Of a stretch of 64,000 nt of DNA, positions 10,752-21,000 are shown piece after piece; within the stretch, counting starts at the first letter, position 1; each line of letters opens with the position of its first letter. The notes beneath the pieces are model-generated. The model had not been told where the DNA came from, did no database searches, and saw only the letters and a list, made by a program, of their open reading frames with translations. Source of the DNA: Obrimoposthia wandeli (taxonomy: Eukaryota); contig CDROCS010000253.1 of the NCBI GenBank assembly GCA_977020255.1, positions 1,984,001 to 2,048,000 on the forward strand. Direction: 5' to 3'. The position numbers were made by a program, and so were the translations under genes.

Positions 10752-13121
10752 TTAACTGCTCTCTTCGGATTTAATATCTAACGGCCAAACCAGTTCAACC
10801 GTAGTACTACTTTTACCATCGGACTTAATTTTGATCTGTCCATTAAGACGAACCATCACTTTCTTCACCATTGATAATCCTAAACCACTACCCTCAGTTT
10901 CATCTCTTGATTGTAATGTGCTGAACATTTCCATCGCTTTATCTTGTAAATTTGGTGGGATTCCGGGCCCATCATCGGTCACACTAATCACTTGCATACC
11001 CTTATCTTGTTGGTATTCAATTGATATCTCGCCGTGTGATTTATCATGATGCTTAACGGCATTACTTAACAGATTGCGAATCGCTAATTCAATCAGCACT
11101 TTCGGTAGATTCAAGGTAATATCGCAATGGATAATTTTGATCTCAAAACTTTCAGGAATATAATTAAAAGAAACGGCGCTTTCAATTAGACAGTCAAGTT
11201 TAACACTCTCTAACTGATAACTATCTCGGCTAACTCTTGAATACACTAAGATATCAGCTAAGAGATTCTTCATTCGTTGTACTCGCTGTTTTAGCAGCTG
11301 TAAATGTGTTCGTGATTCACTAGGTAAAACGTCATGGCAATCTTCTTCTATCCAGCTTGCAAGCTGTTCTACAGCGTTAAGTGGTGACTTTAAGTCATGA
11401 GATGCAACAAATGCATATTGATCAAGCTCTTGATTTGAGTGTTCAAGTTGTTGATTGCGCTCTTCTAACGCGTTGTTGGCTTTAATAATTTCTAGACGAT
11501 TTGCTTCAATCTCAGCTGTACGTTCTTTAACTTCGGCGTTAAGAGAATGTGACCTACCTGTCATTGACAATAAAAACGCGCCAGAAAAACTGATCAATAA
11601 TAATCCTAACACTAACGCTCCCCATGCTTGCCATGAGCTATGACTGGCTAGATATTCGCTCGATGGCCAATAAACAACTTGCCATTGTCGATTACCGATA
11701 GTGATTTTTTCAGTAACTTTAAAAGTATTTGGCATATGTAAGGTCATATTTTCAGGGCCATAAAGTTGTGTCGATTTTCCATCGGTTATGTCATATATGC
11801 CTACTGTAACTTTACTTTTAACCTGAGCACTAAGTACCGCATCTGTTATATCTCCAACTCGAAATACACCCACAGCAAAACCCTTAATATTTTCACGCCG
11901 TTGTTCAAGTGTTGAATGAACACCTGAATAAACAGGGTAAAATAATAATATTCCTGCTTGTTTTCCTTGCTCTTGCACTAATGAAATTCTTGGTGTCGCA
12001 AAAGCATCACCTGTATCTCTAGACAGATCAAGCGTACTTTTACGTTGCTGACTTGAAGCGACATCAAAACCAAAAGCTTGCTCATTACCTAGCATAGGCT
12101 CGATATAGTGTACGGGAATGTAGGTAGCTCTTTTTGAAGCGCTAATGAGTTCGCCATTACTGCGCTCTTTTATTTTGAAGGTAGGAAATCCTTTTTGTTT
12201 AACACTATTTTCAAAGCTTGTTCGCTGTTCATCAAAAACAACGGGATTCCAACTTAATCCATTGATCCCCGATTTATTCTGTAAATGATATTCAACAAAA
12301 GTTTTGAACTCTTCTCGTTTAATTGTTGATTGAGTAGAGCTAACATAAAACCTTTCTATAGATGCAACAGCATCGACATAGCTGCTAAAACTAGAGCGTA
12401 ACTTTTCAGCGTTATTACTGGCTATTTCTTTTAATTCAAATTGATTTCGCTCTTCCTCCCATTGGCTTACCCAAACAAATAGAGCAATAACCACTGAAAT
12501 CATTGCAACTAATGGGATAGTGATAACATATAGACGATCTCGCCAAATATCCTTGGGCCTGGCAAAGATAACAAAAATGAGAGGAACGGAGATCATCACA
12601 CCTATAGCATCGCCAACCCACCAGGTCATCCAACTATAAGTCACGTTAGAATATTCGAGAATGCCAAAAAAATACAAGCTTGCAATTCCAATACTTGCAC
12701 TTGTTAAGCAGGAAACAGGTCCTCCAATGATTAAAAAAAGAAGTATATCTTTATCTTTCGATAGAGTGGTTGGAAAACCAACATAATGTCGAATTAATTT
12801 TGCTGCAATGATGGCTTGCAAAGTGGCCCCTGATGCAGCCCCTAATGTTGCTAAAAACTTTAAGTCAGTTAATTGGCTAAGCTCCAGACCTATCCAAATA
12901 TTTAAAATGAATGAACCAAGGAAAACTCCAGGCCAAAGCCTCGTCCCCCATAGTAATAAACTTGCAAGAGCTAGGCCTGCTGAAGGAAATATCGCAGTTG
13001 CATATCCGGGGGGAATTGCCAGTAAAAGTGAAAGCCTGCCAATAAGTGCATAGCAAGTAGCTAAAAATACTATTTTATAAAATGTATAAGCAATATTATG
13101 TCGTGGGGCATTGTTTGGCAT
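10752..13121 (-). CDS. Sensor histidine kinase, MASE1-CHASE-HisKA-HATPase
   Basis: MASE1-type N-terminus (AIFPSAGLALASLLLWG...WWVGDAIG), CHASE segment (YIEPMLGNEQAFGFDV), H-box FAYVASHDLKSPL-like, NLLSNAVKH, DDGPGI, GSGLGL. Confidence 0.9.
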   Translation of the reverse strand: MPNNAPRHNIAYTFYKIVFLATCYALIGRLSLLLAIPPGYATAIFPSAGLALASLLLWGTRLWPGVFLGSFILNIWIGLELSQLTDLKFLATLGAASGATLQAIIAAKLIRHYVGFPTTLSKDKDILLFLIIGGPVSCLTSASIGIASLYFFGILEYSNVTYSWMTWWVGDAIGVMISVPLIFVIFARPKDIWRDRLYVITIPLVAMISVVIALFVWVSQWEEERNQFELKEIASNNAEKLRSSFSSYVDAVASIERFYVSSTQSTIKREEFKTFVEYHLQNKSGINGLSWNPVVFDEQRTSFENSVKQKGFPTFKIKERSNGELISASKRATYIPVHYIEPMLGNEQAFGFDVASSQQRKSTLDLSRDTGDAFATPRISLVQEQGKQAGILLFYPVYSGVHSTLEQRRENIKGFAVGVFRVGDITDAVLSAQVKSKVTVGIYDITDGKSTQLYGPENMTLHMPNTFKVTEKITIGNRQWQVVYWPSSEYLASHSSWQAWGALVLGLLLISFSGAFLLSMTGRSHSLNAEVKERTAEIEANRLEIIKANNALEERNQQLEHSNQELDQYAFVASHDLKSPLNAVEQLASWIEEDCHDVLPSESRTHLQLLKQRVQRMKNLLADILVYSRVSRDSYQLESVKLDCLIESAVSFNYIPESFEIKIIHCDITLNLPKVLIELAIRNLLSNAVKHHDKSHGEISIEYQQDKGMQVISVTDDGPGIPPNLQDKAMEMFSTLQSRDETEGSGLGLSMVKKVMVRLNGQIKIKSDGKSSTTVELVWPLDIKSEESS

Positions 13122-13194
13122 TAAAAGATAACTCTAACTAGTTGAAAGTTAATGGTCTATTGTGGTGCTTTAAGTTTTAGGTAATAGAAGAACA

Positions 13195-13390
13195 GCCATA
13201 GTTAAGTTAGTTGATATTTTTTGTGATGTCGATGATTTTTATAGAATATTTATTCATAAGAGGAGAATATAATAATTAATGGAGAACGCCAGAAAGTATT
13301 AGTGGAGTGACCGTATGATAACTTGTGGGGTCATAGCCATTACTATTTGCACTCAAACCTCTGATAAGCTCTAAATGAGAACAAACTCAT
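13195..13390 (+). mobile_element. Degraded 5' remnant of an IS982-family transposase
   Basis: 13198-13272 translates IVKLVDIFCDVDDFYRIFIHKRRI*, followed by frameshifted pieces NGERQK and RMITCGVIAITI. This recalls the IS982 transposase N-terminus (KLVxIFCDVDDF...GxRKR...RMSTSEIMTI); recognised from memory, not searched. Confidence 0.6.
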
Positions 13391-13415
13391 TTGAATTGCT
13401 ATTAATGTAGACAGG

Positions 13416-14498
13416 TTAATTGTGTTGAAAAAAAAGGATTAACTGTAAAGAAAATACAGCGACTAGCAATATTAAACTGGCACGAGTAACCAAGGTTAAA
13501 CTCGTCGGGATGTCTTTAGTGGTAACATTGCTGCCACAACCTAACGTAACAGAATTAATAGTTTTTCCATGATACAGCGCACTGCCGCCCAATTTTCTCC
13601 TCATAACGGTAGCACCAGCAGCCATTACCCAGCCGCCGTTATGACTCTTGTATTGATTACCTTGCCAATAGGCATTAACGATAGCCTTAAGAGTACTATC
13701 TTGCTTAACTCCCTGAATGGCATAAAGCAGCGTACAGCACTTACCCGAAATAAAACCGAGTAAATCATCAAGTCGAGCACTGGCATAACCAAAGTCAATA
13801 AAACGTGAGTTCTTATAGCCCCACATTGCATCCAAGGTATTGGCTAATCGATGTACTATTACCAGTGGGGCGCCGCCCACAAGGTAGTAAAATAAAGAGG
13901 CGATAACCGAGTCATGACCATTTTCTAACATCGACTCTATGGTCGCTCTCGACATTTCTTGCGCTGAAAGGTTGCTGGTATCTCTGCTCACCAAATATCC
14001 GGTAAAATGCCGGGCGGTTCTTAAGTCTTCAGCGTTAAGGGGCTTGTATACTTGCATAGCATGTTGATGCAAGCTATTTAGACCAATGGCGAGATAAATT
14101 ACGGTGGCATCGAGTAATATTTGCCAATACCATATCAGTTGATTAACTTGATAAAAATAGATAAATGGCAAAGGTAATACCAGTAGACACCAAGCCAAAG
14201 TACCCAGTAACTTTGCTTTTAAAGTAGCTTTATCGCCAGGGTTATTCTCTTGATATTGAGTTTCTTCCTGATTTGTTTTTCGATCCGTTTGCTGACTTTG
14301 TCGCAGTGATTGCTGATAAGGATTTAGCTTAGCCTCTAGTTTTTTTGCTAACCAGCCAAAGCCAACCAAGTAATGAAAATTCTTTGCTTCACCTAAATAT
14401 TTATCAAGTAATAGCGCCAGTGATAAGGTGATGAATGTAGCAAAATCAGGTAATAGCATTATGGCTTGGTGGTAGATATTTGCGATAAATTCTGACAT
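13416..14498 (-). CDS. cbiB: Adenosylcobinamide-phosphate synthase CbiB
   Basis: LALLLDKYLGE, HYLVGFG, LVSRDT, ATIESMLENGHD, NTLDAMWGY, ARLDD motifs; contains a Q/E/N-rich insertion of about 30 aa. Confidence 0.92.
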   Translation of the reverse strand: MSEFIANIYHQAIMLLPDFATFITLSLALLLDKYLGEAKNFHYLVGFGWLAKKLEAKLNPYQQSLRQSQQTDRKTNQEETQYQENNPGDKATLKAKLLGTLAWCLLVLPLPFIYFYQVNQLIWYWQILLDATVIYLAIGLNSLHQHAMQVYKPLNAEDLRTARHFTGYLVSRDTSNLSAQEMSRATIESMLENGHDSVIASLFYYLVGGAPLVIVHRLANTLDAMWGYKNSRFIDFGYASARLDDLLGFISGKCCTLLYAIQGVKQDSTLKAIVNAYWQGNQYKSHNGGWVMAAGATVMRRKLGGSALYHGKTINSVTLGCGSNVTTKDIPTSLTLVTRASLILLVAVFSLQLILFFQHN

Positions 14499-14590
14499 GA
14501 AGTTAAGACGCTCTAGTATTTTTCAAGGTTGAGTAATTCAATACTTCGTTATATGAATATTTTTTATGTCTATTCAGGCATCAAAATAGA

Positions 14591-15172
14591 TTACCTGGCT
14601 AGCTGAAAACTATCATCATCATGGCCGTAAGTTAATGTTAATAGACAACCGTTGTCGAATAATTCATAGGCATTATCGGTTGAGTTATGGCCTAATTTAG
14701 CTAAAAAACAGCGTAATGCTTCACCATGGAAAATAACTAATATGTTTTTATTACAGTGATTATTGGCTAATCCTTTAAGTGCTTGATAAATACGTGATCC
14801 ACAGCTTATTGCACTTTCGCCACTTGGTGGTGTTATCTCGGTAAATTGATGCAATATTTCATGGTAGTTTTCGTCGGATTTAATGGCAGCAATATATTGC
14901 CCTTGCCAAGCCCCCAAATCTCTTTCTGTGAGGTTATCTAAACGGGCAATCGGAGTGTTTAATATTCGCTGGCAAATTAGAGCGCTATCAACAGAACGCC
15001 CTAGGGTTGATGAAACAATTAAATCAATTTGTTGGTTGGCAAGGCGTAAGGCAAGCTGTTCAGATTGTTGTTGACCTACTTCTGTCAGGCTACTATCTAA
15101 TTGGCCTTGAAAACGTTGGACTTTGTTCCATTTTGTTTGCCCATGACGAGCTAAGTATAAAGTTGTTTTCAT
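14591..15172 (-). CDS. Histidine phosphatase, CobC (alpha-ribazole-5'-phosphate phosphatase)-like by context
   Basis: Likely start 15172 (MKTTLYLARHG); RHG motif, LTERDLGAWQG, GES, second His in IFHG; upstream of cbiB. Confidence 0.8.
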   Translation of the reverse strand: MKTTLYLARHGQTKWNKVQRFQGQLDSSLTEVGQQQSEQLALRLANQQIDLIVSSTLGRSVDSALICQRILNTPIARLDNLTERDLGAWQGQYIAAIKSDENYHEILHQFTEITPPSGESAISCGSRIYQALKGLANNHCNKNILVIFHGEALRCFLAKLGHNSTDNAYELFDNGCLLTLTYGHDDDSFQLAR

Positions 15173-15350
15173 TTTAATCCAATAGCAATTATGACGATTT
15201 CTTATCATTTAAGCGGGGGAGGATAACTAAATCGTTACTTAGGTTCAACGCAAATATAATTTCTAGTGAGTATTCTCTTTTCATTAACATGTTGAGCTAT
15301 GACGGGGTTTATTGTTGAATAACTATCATGTATAACGTAATATCCGCGCA

Positions 15351-15576
15351 GATTTAGGTGTCTTCGGTGTTAATTATCCTGATAAACGTTATTAGGTAAA
15401 TAGCACTAATGAAGATGAAACGTGAAACTGGTTGAATACCAGTACTGCGCCCGCAACGGTAACTGTGAGCAGCAACAAAACCACTGTATTGAATCATTAT
15501 TAGGACATCACAATAATGAACGTATGGGAAGGTGTTGCAAGTGCGATGATCAGGAGTCCGGAGACCGGCCTAGATT
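15351..15576 (+). promoter_or_regulatory. Cobalamin riboswitch, long form with peripheral extension
   Basis: TTTAGGTG 5' arm; core AAACGTGAAACTGGTTGAATACCAGTACTGCGCCCGCAACGGTAA (15418-15462); CCACTG (15481) and TGGGAAGG (15525); GAGTCCGGAGACCGGCC (15554-15570); upstream of btuM-cobB. Confidence 0.92.
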
Positions 15577-15873
15577 ATAGTTATTTATACTTAATACAAA
15601 TACGTATAATTAACTATTACTCGACAACTGCGGTGGGCGGTAATTCAGAGAAAAGTAAATGCGCTGAATTACAGCAATGAATACCTATAAATAGTGTTCA
15701 TTAACGCATAAACATGTGTTTATCGATTTACCTGTCTATTGATTTTCGACTAATGGCTTCTCGGTTATTGGTTGTGGATAGTGTTTTATCATACAGAATA
15801 TAGCGTAGGTTTGCTCCTTAGCATTTACTGACTTTGATTTTCTACAGCGTTAATATTATTTAATGGGATCGTT

Positions 15874-16497
15874 ATGAAATCAGCCAATCAAAAGTCACCC
15901 GTTAGTTTACTATTCGCTGTATTTGCCTTATTAACATTACTTATGCTCGCCACGCGTACACATCACTTTGCCAGCTTAAATAACTTGCCAAGCGTATCAA
16001 TTACTATTTTTTTCCTAGCTGGTATCTACTTACGAAATATAAAAGCCTTTTGGTTTTTTTATACTTTATCAATCACCATCGATTTAGCAGCATCCTATTC
16101 TCGCGGTCAATTTGGCGATTGCATTACCTCCTCTTACCCTTTATTGGTGCTAAGTTATGGCACTATGTTTACGGTGGGTTATTACAGCAAACCAAACTGG
16201 CAGCAAAACATCTGGCAAATTAATATCATTAAAGTGGCACTGGCCTTATTTGTTGCTAGTTCAATTGCTTTCTTTATTTCAAATGGTAGCTACTACACCT
16301 TATCGGGTAAATTCCCTGAATTATCCTGGGCGGAATATGGCACGCGTGTTGATAAGTATTATTTTAAATCTATTTCTAATCCTGTTTTCTATGTTATTTC
16401 GGCGGTCGTTATTGATTTTACTGTAAGTCATTTTTTCACTGATAAAGCGATAAATACTAAGACCAGTGGTAATGCCAGTGTTAGTGGAAAACTATAG
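15874..16497 (+). CDS. btuM: BtuM, solitary ECF-type S-component cobalamin transporter
   Basis: LMLATRTHHFASLNNLP, SITIDLA, GDCITSSY and GSYYTLSGKF match my recollection of BtuM (TRSHHWAS, VIDY, FCVSPAY, GFYFYSGRF); about 6 TM segments; downstream of a B12 riboswitch. Confidence 0.82.
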   Translation: MKSANQKSPVSLLFAVFALLTLLMLATRTHHFASLNNLPSVSITIFFLAGIYLRNIKAFWFFYTLSITIDLAASYSRGQFGDCITSSYPLLVLSYGTMFTVGYYSKPNWQQNIWQINIIKVALALFVASSIAFFISNGSYYTLSGKFPELSWAEYGTRVDKYYFKSISNPVFYVISAVVIDFTVSHFFTDKAINTKTSGNASVSGKL

Positions 16498-16541
16498 TTT
16501 TTACGTTAACAGCAGCGAAGTTAACATAGCAGGAGTATTTA

Positions 16542-17978
16542 ATGTCACAAGCGAATAAGAAAACCGTCCCCTCTCAAAATAAAGCATTTCAAAATAAAGT
16601 AGAACAGCAAGCGGGGAGTGGGGTTAAGTGTTCAGCATTGATTGTTGCTGCACCACATTCTGGCTCAGGAAAAACGACGATAACAGCCGCATTGGCTCGA
16701 TATCATCGTGATCAGGGACGTAAAGTTACCGTATTTAAAGTAGGGCCTGATTTTATTGATCCTATGATCTTACGCCAAGCCAGTGGTGAATTAGTGTATC
16801 AATTAGACTTGTGGCTCGTGGGGGAGCAAGGTTGTCGAGCATTGCTTCATCGAGCGGCTATGGAATCTGACCTTATTTTAATCGAAGGAGTCATGGGACT
16901 CTTTGATGGTACGCCCAGCAGTGCTGATTTAGCTGAGTACTTTAATATCCCAGTACTGGCTGTTATTGATGCTAAGGCGATGGCACAAACCTTTGCTGCT
17001 GTGACCTTTGGTTTAGCGACATTTCGCGAAAACTTACCCTTTTCAGGGGTGATAGCTAACCGCGTCAATACCGAACGTCATGCTGAATTATTAAGTACAA
17101 GTTTACCTAAAGAGTTTCGTTTTTACGGCCGTATTCCTAAAGATGACACCATAACGCTACCTGAGCGTCATTTAGGTCTAGTGCAAGCACAAGAGTTGAG
17201 TGATATTGATGCCCAGCTTGATAAAGCGGCCAGCCATATTGCTAATACAGGTTTAACAGAGTTACCTGCACAAGTTGAATTTTTTGCTCAAGAAGCTGAG
17301 GTTGATGGAGATTGTGCCCAAGCAAACATTATTGAGGGTGCATTGGTGGGTACGCGCATCATCATTATTAGAGATAGTGCTTTTAGTTTTATTTATGCGG
17401 CCAATATTGCTTTCTTAACACAAGCAGGTGCGGAATTAATCTATTGTTCAGCAATGCTTGATCCCCATTTACCGGATGGCGATATCTTATATATTCCCGG
17501 GGGCTACCCTGAACTTTATGCTAAACAATTAATGAACAATGAAACATTTCTTAGTGATATAAGAGCTTTTGCTGCCAGTAAAAAGCCTATTATTGCTGAA
17601 TGTGGCGGCATGTTGTATTTACTTGATCAGCTTACTGATATGGAAGGGCAGCAGTTTTCAATGGTAGGGCTTATACCAGGTAAAGCCACGATGCAGAAAA
17701 AGCTTGCTGCTATTGGTTCGCAATGGGTTAATTTACCTTCATTTACTGACAATGCTGCTGAAGATAGCGCAGACAGTATTATGCGGGGACATAGTTTCCA
17801 CTATTCTTGCGCCGATATTGAACTAGATCCTACCAGTCAAACAACGCATCACCCAAGTGAGCGCGCAGGCGAATTTGTTTATCAACATAACAATATTTTA
17901 GCGTCATACATGCATTGGTATCTCCCAAGTAACCCGAGTTTAACCTTACGCATTTTTAATAAAGCACGTTACTTGTAG
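16542..17978 (+). CDS. cobB: Cobyrinate/hydrogenobyrinate a,c-diamide synthase (CobB/CbiA)
   Basis: APHSGSGKTT, FKVGPDFIDP, IEGVMGLFDG, LPERHLGLV, GATase GGYPEL and AECGG. Confidence 0.94.
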   Translation: MSQANKKTVPSQNKAFQNKVEQQAGSGVKCSALIVAAPHSGSGKTTITAALARYHRDQGRKVTVFKVGPDFIDPMILRQASGELVYQLDLWLVGEQGCRALLHRAAMESDLILIEGVMGLFDGTPSSADLAEYFNIPVLAVIDAKAMAQTFAAVTFGLATFRENLPFSGVIANRVNTERHAELLSTSLPKEFRFYGRIPKDDTITLPERHLGLVQAQELSDIDAQLDKAASHIANTGLTELPAQVEFFAQEAEVDGDCAQANIIEGALVGTRIIIIRDSAFSFIYAANIAFLTQAGAELIYCSAMLDPHLPDGDILYIPGGYPELYAKQLMNNETFLSDIRAFAASKKPIIAECGGMLYLLDQLTDMEGQQFSMVGLIPGKATMQKKLAAIGSQWVNLPSFTDNAAEDSADSIMRGHSFHYSCADIELDPTSQTTHHPSERAGEFVYQHNNILASYMHWYLPSNPSLTLRIFNKARYL

Positions 17979-18013
17979 CCGTTAGCTTTATTCGTTAGCT
18001 CTAATCGTTAAGT

Positions 18014-18037
18014 GCGCTATTTCAGTAGCGCTTTTTT
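18014..18037 (+). terminator. Terminator-like hairpin immediately before the CobN-like ORF
   Basis: GCGCTA-TTTCAG-TAGCGC followed by TTTTTT, then ATG 18038. Confidence 0.5.
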
Positions 18038-21000
18038 ATGAGATTTTTCATGACATTTTTTCATTTAAACAAAGTCAGTACAAACAACTTTTTACGGTAT
18101 GGTATTCGTAAAATATATTGTGTTATCGCATTATGTTTATTGAGTTTCATTAGCAGTTTTACACTCAATGCTGCAGAGCTGAAAATGCTGGCGTTAGTTT
18201 CAGACCGTTCTGCAGCTAGCATGGTTACAGGCGCTCATCAATTTTTAGCCACACAAGCTGACGTGGATGACTTATCAACTCAAATTAGCATTACCATACG
18301 TAGTGTTAATCAACTGAACCAGTTAACTAACAATGAAATTCAGCAGTTGATTAACCAGCATCAAGCATTAATTATTGCCGGCGTATTTGGTGAATCAGTT
18401 GAGCGTTTACTGGCATTAAATTACCCATTCCAACAGCCCCGTTTGATGTTAAATACCGATCGACGTTTAATGGTTTTACATCAAGACGTGCAAGGTGGCA
18501 ATGTCGAAAATTTATCTAAAAAACAATTACAATCACTGATGGTTTCATTAGATAAAAGTAACTATTTAACCGCGTTAGCTAAGAAACAAGAGCAGTGGCC
18601 ACAATTTGCTTATTGGTTGCAAGCTCGTGCTTACTGGCAAAATAGAGGAAAAGAAAACCTTGGCCAGTTATTTAATTGGTTGGGGAAAATTACTACGGCA
18701 AAGTCAGGTGTTAGCAATAAAAAATTACTAACACAGGCCGCAACAATACTACCCTTACAACCAATCCGCTTTTACTGGCAACAGCAACTGATTAGTATTG
18801 CAGAGTTGAAGGACAAAATAGTTCAAAACCAAGTTATACCTGAAGATAAACCCTTAGTGTTCATTATCGATCATGATACTGGCGATCAACCTGGGCAGTG
18901 GCAATTGCATCAGCAGCTATGTCAACGCCAGTGGCAATGTGTATCAGTGTTGGCAGGCTGGGGTAAACCCAGTGAACAAGCAATTGAAATTATCCGCAGT
19001 ATTGAATCATCACAGCCGATGGCGTTGATAGCATTACAGGACTTTGTTATTGGCGGAGGTGAAGGTAGAGAAGCAGTAACTCAAAAGTTTGAGGCACTAA
19101 ATATTCCAGTATTTAAAGGCATCAGAGTGACTGAATTGAGTGCCTTAGCGTATCAACTATCTCCTACTGGCTTACCTAGTGATAGTGTTCATTACCGCGT
19201 GGCTATGCCTGAGCTCCAAGGTGTGTCTCAGCCCCATGTTTTAGCGCTAGCGTCGAGTGCAAAAATTGATGTAGCCACGGGCGCAAGGTTATCAATTAGC
19301 CAAGTATTAATGCCAGAAGTTGAACGCCTACAAGCACGAGTCAATGCTTGGTTGGCACTAAAAACTACAGATAACGCAGCGAAAAAAGTAGCGATTGTTT
19401 ACTATAACCATCCCCCTGGGCGACATAATATTGGTGCAGATAATTTAGATGTACAGCAGTCGTTATGGCAAATATTACAGCAATTAAAAGCGCAAGGTTA
19501 TGATCTTGGCCCAGAGGCAGACTTTCCAAAATCTGCTGAAGCGTTATTAGATCTTTTACAATTGAAAGCCGTTAACTTACCGCAAGATGCAGGCGCGCTG
19601 AATAAAATGGCACCATTAATTAATACGATGTCAGTAAATGAATATCAAGGCTATTTTGATACCTTACCCAGTATTGTTAAAGCCGAAATGGTTGAAGGGC
19701 CATTAGGATATTTACATGCACGGATTAAGTATTACCTATTCGAGCAAGGGCAAAAAGAATTGGCGCAGTTGCCTGCGATTGAACGTAGAGCAGTTTTAGC
19801 GGCATTACTTGAAAATGTTGATAGTACCTCGGTTGATTTACATCATGCATTAGATGGGATCAGACATAAAGGACGGACGCGCGCTTTAGATTTACTGGCA
19901 CAACTGACCAAAGAGTATCAAAGCTTAATTGCGCTAACACGTGAAAATAATCCTGTTTCAACAGAGCAATGGCAAGATGCCGAGGCATTAAAAATAGCAT
20001 TAATTGCCATGCAAATTGAAGGTATTCGCGGTTGGGGGAAAGTACCGGGTAAAACTATGGTCTGGAATAATAAAATTTTGTTACCTGGTGTTCAATTTGG
20101 CAATGTTTTTTTAGGACCTCAGCCACCGAGAGGCTGGGAGCTTAATGAAGAATTATTGCATGCCAATATGACATTCCCACCACCTCATCAATATTTAGCC
20201 TTTTATTATCATTTACGTGAGGTATTTAAAGCTAATGCTATTGTGCATTTAGGCCGACACTCTACCTATGAGTTTTTACCTAAACGTGCGGTTGGTTTAT
20301 CAGCAAGCGATTATCCCTCACTTATTATTGAAAATATTCCCAGTATTTATCCTTACATTGTTGATGGCGTAGGAGAGGGTATTCAAGCTAAGCGTCGTGG
20401 TCTTGCGGTTATGTTAGATCATTTAACACCGCCATTGGCGACCACTGAGTTATACGATGGGCTACTACAATTACGTCAACTCATTGAAAGTGCAGAGGCC
20501 GCCTCAAATCAAGATACCAAGAAAAAAGCGATTAAGGCGTTACGTCATAAAATCAAAGTGTTGAATTTAACCGATGAACTTGTCGCGAGCATGGATGAAG
20601 AGTTACAGGTGCGTGGTATTGGTTTTGGTGAAGTTGATGATGATTTTTTACTGCACGAAGTGGGGCATTACCTAACTAAACTGCAAGAAGATTTCATGCC
20701 GTTAGGTTTGCATGTTTACGGCAAAGATTGGCAGCAAGAAGCTATTGAGATCATGATGACTTCGATTGAAAAAGGTGAGTTAGACTTAGATGATAATCAG
20801 CGTAATGAAATCAAAAAAAATCTAATTAAATCACCGAAGAGCGAAATGTCAGCTTTTTTAAATGCATTAAACGGTGGTTTTGTCGCACCAGGCAAAGGTA
20901 ATGATCCAATAAGAACGCCTGACGCACTACCAACGGGTCGTAACTTTTACGCACTTGATGGCAGTTTGATCCCGTCACAGCTTGGCTTTAGTACAGGCCA

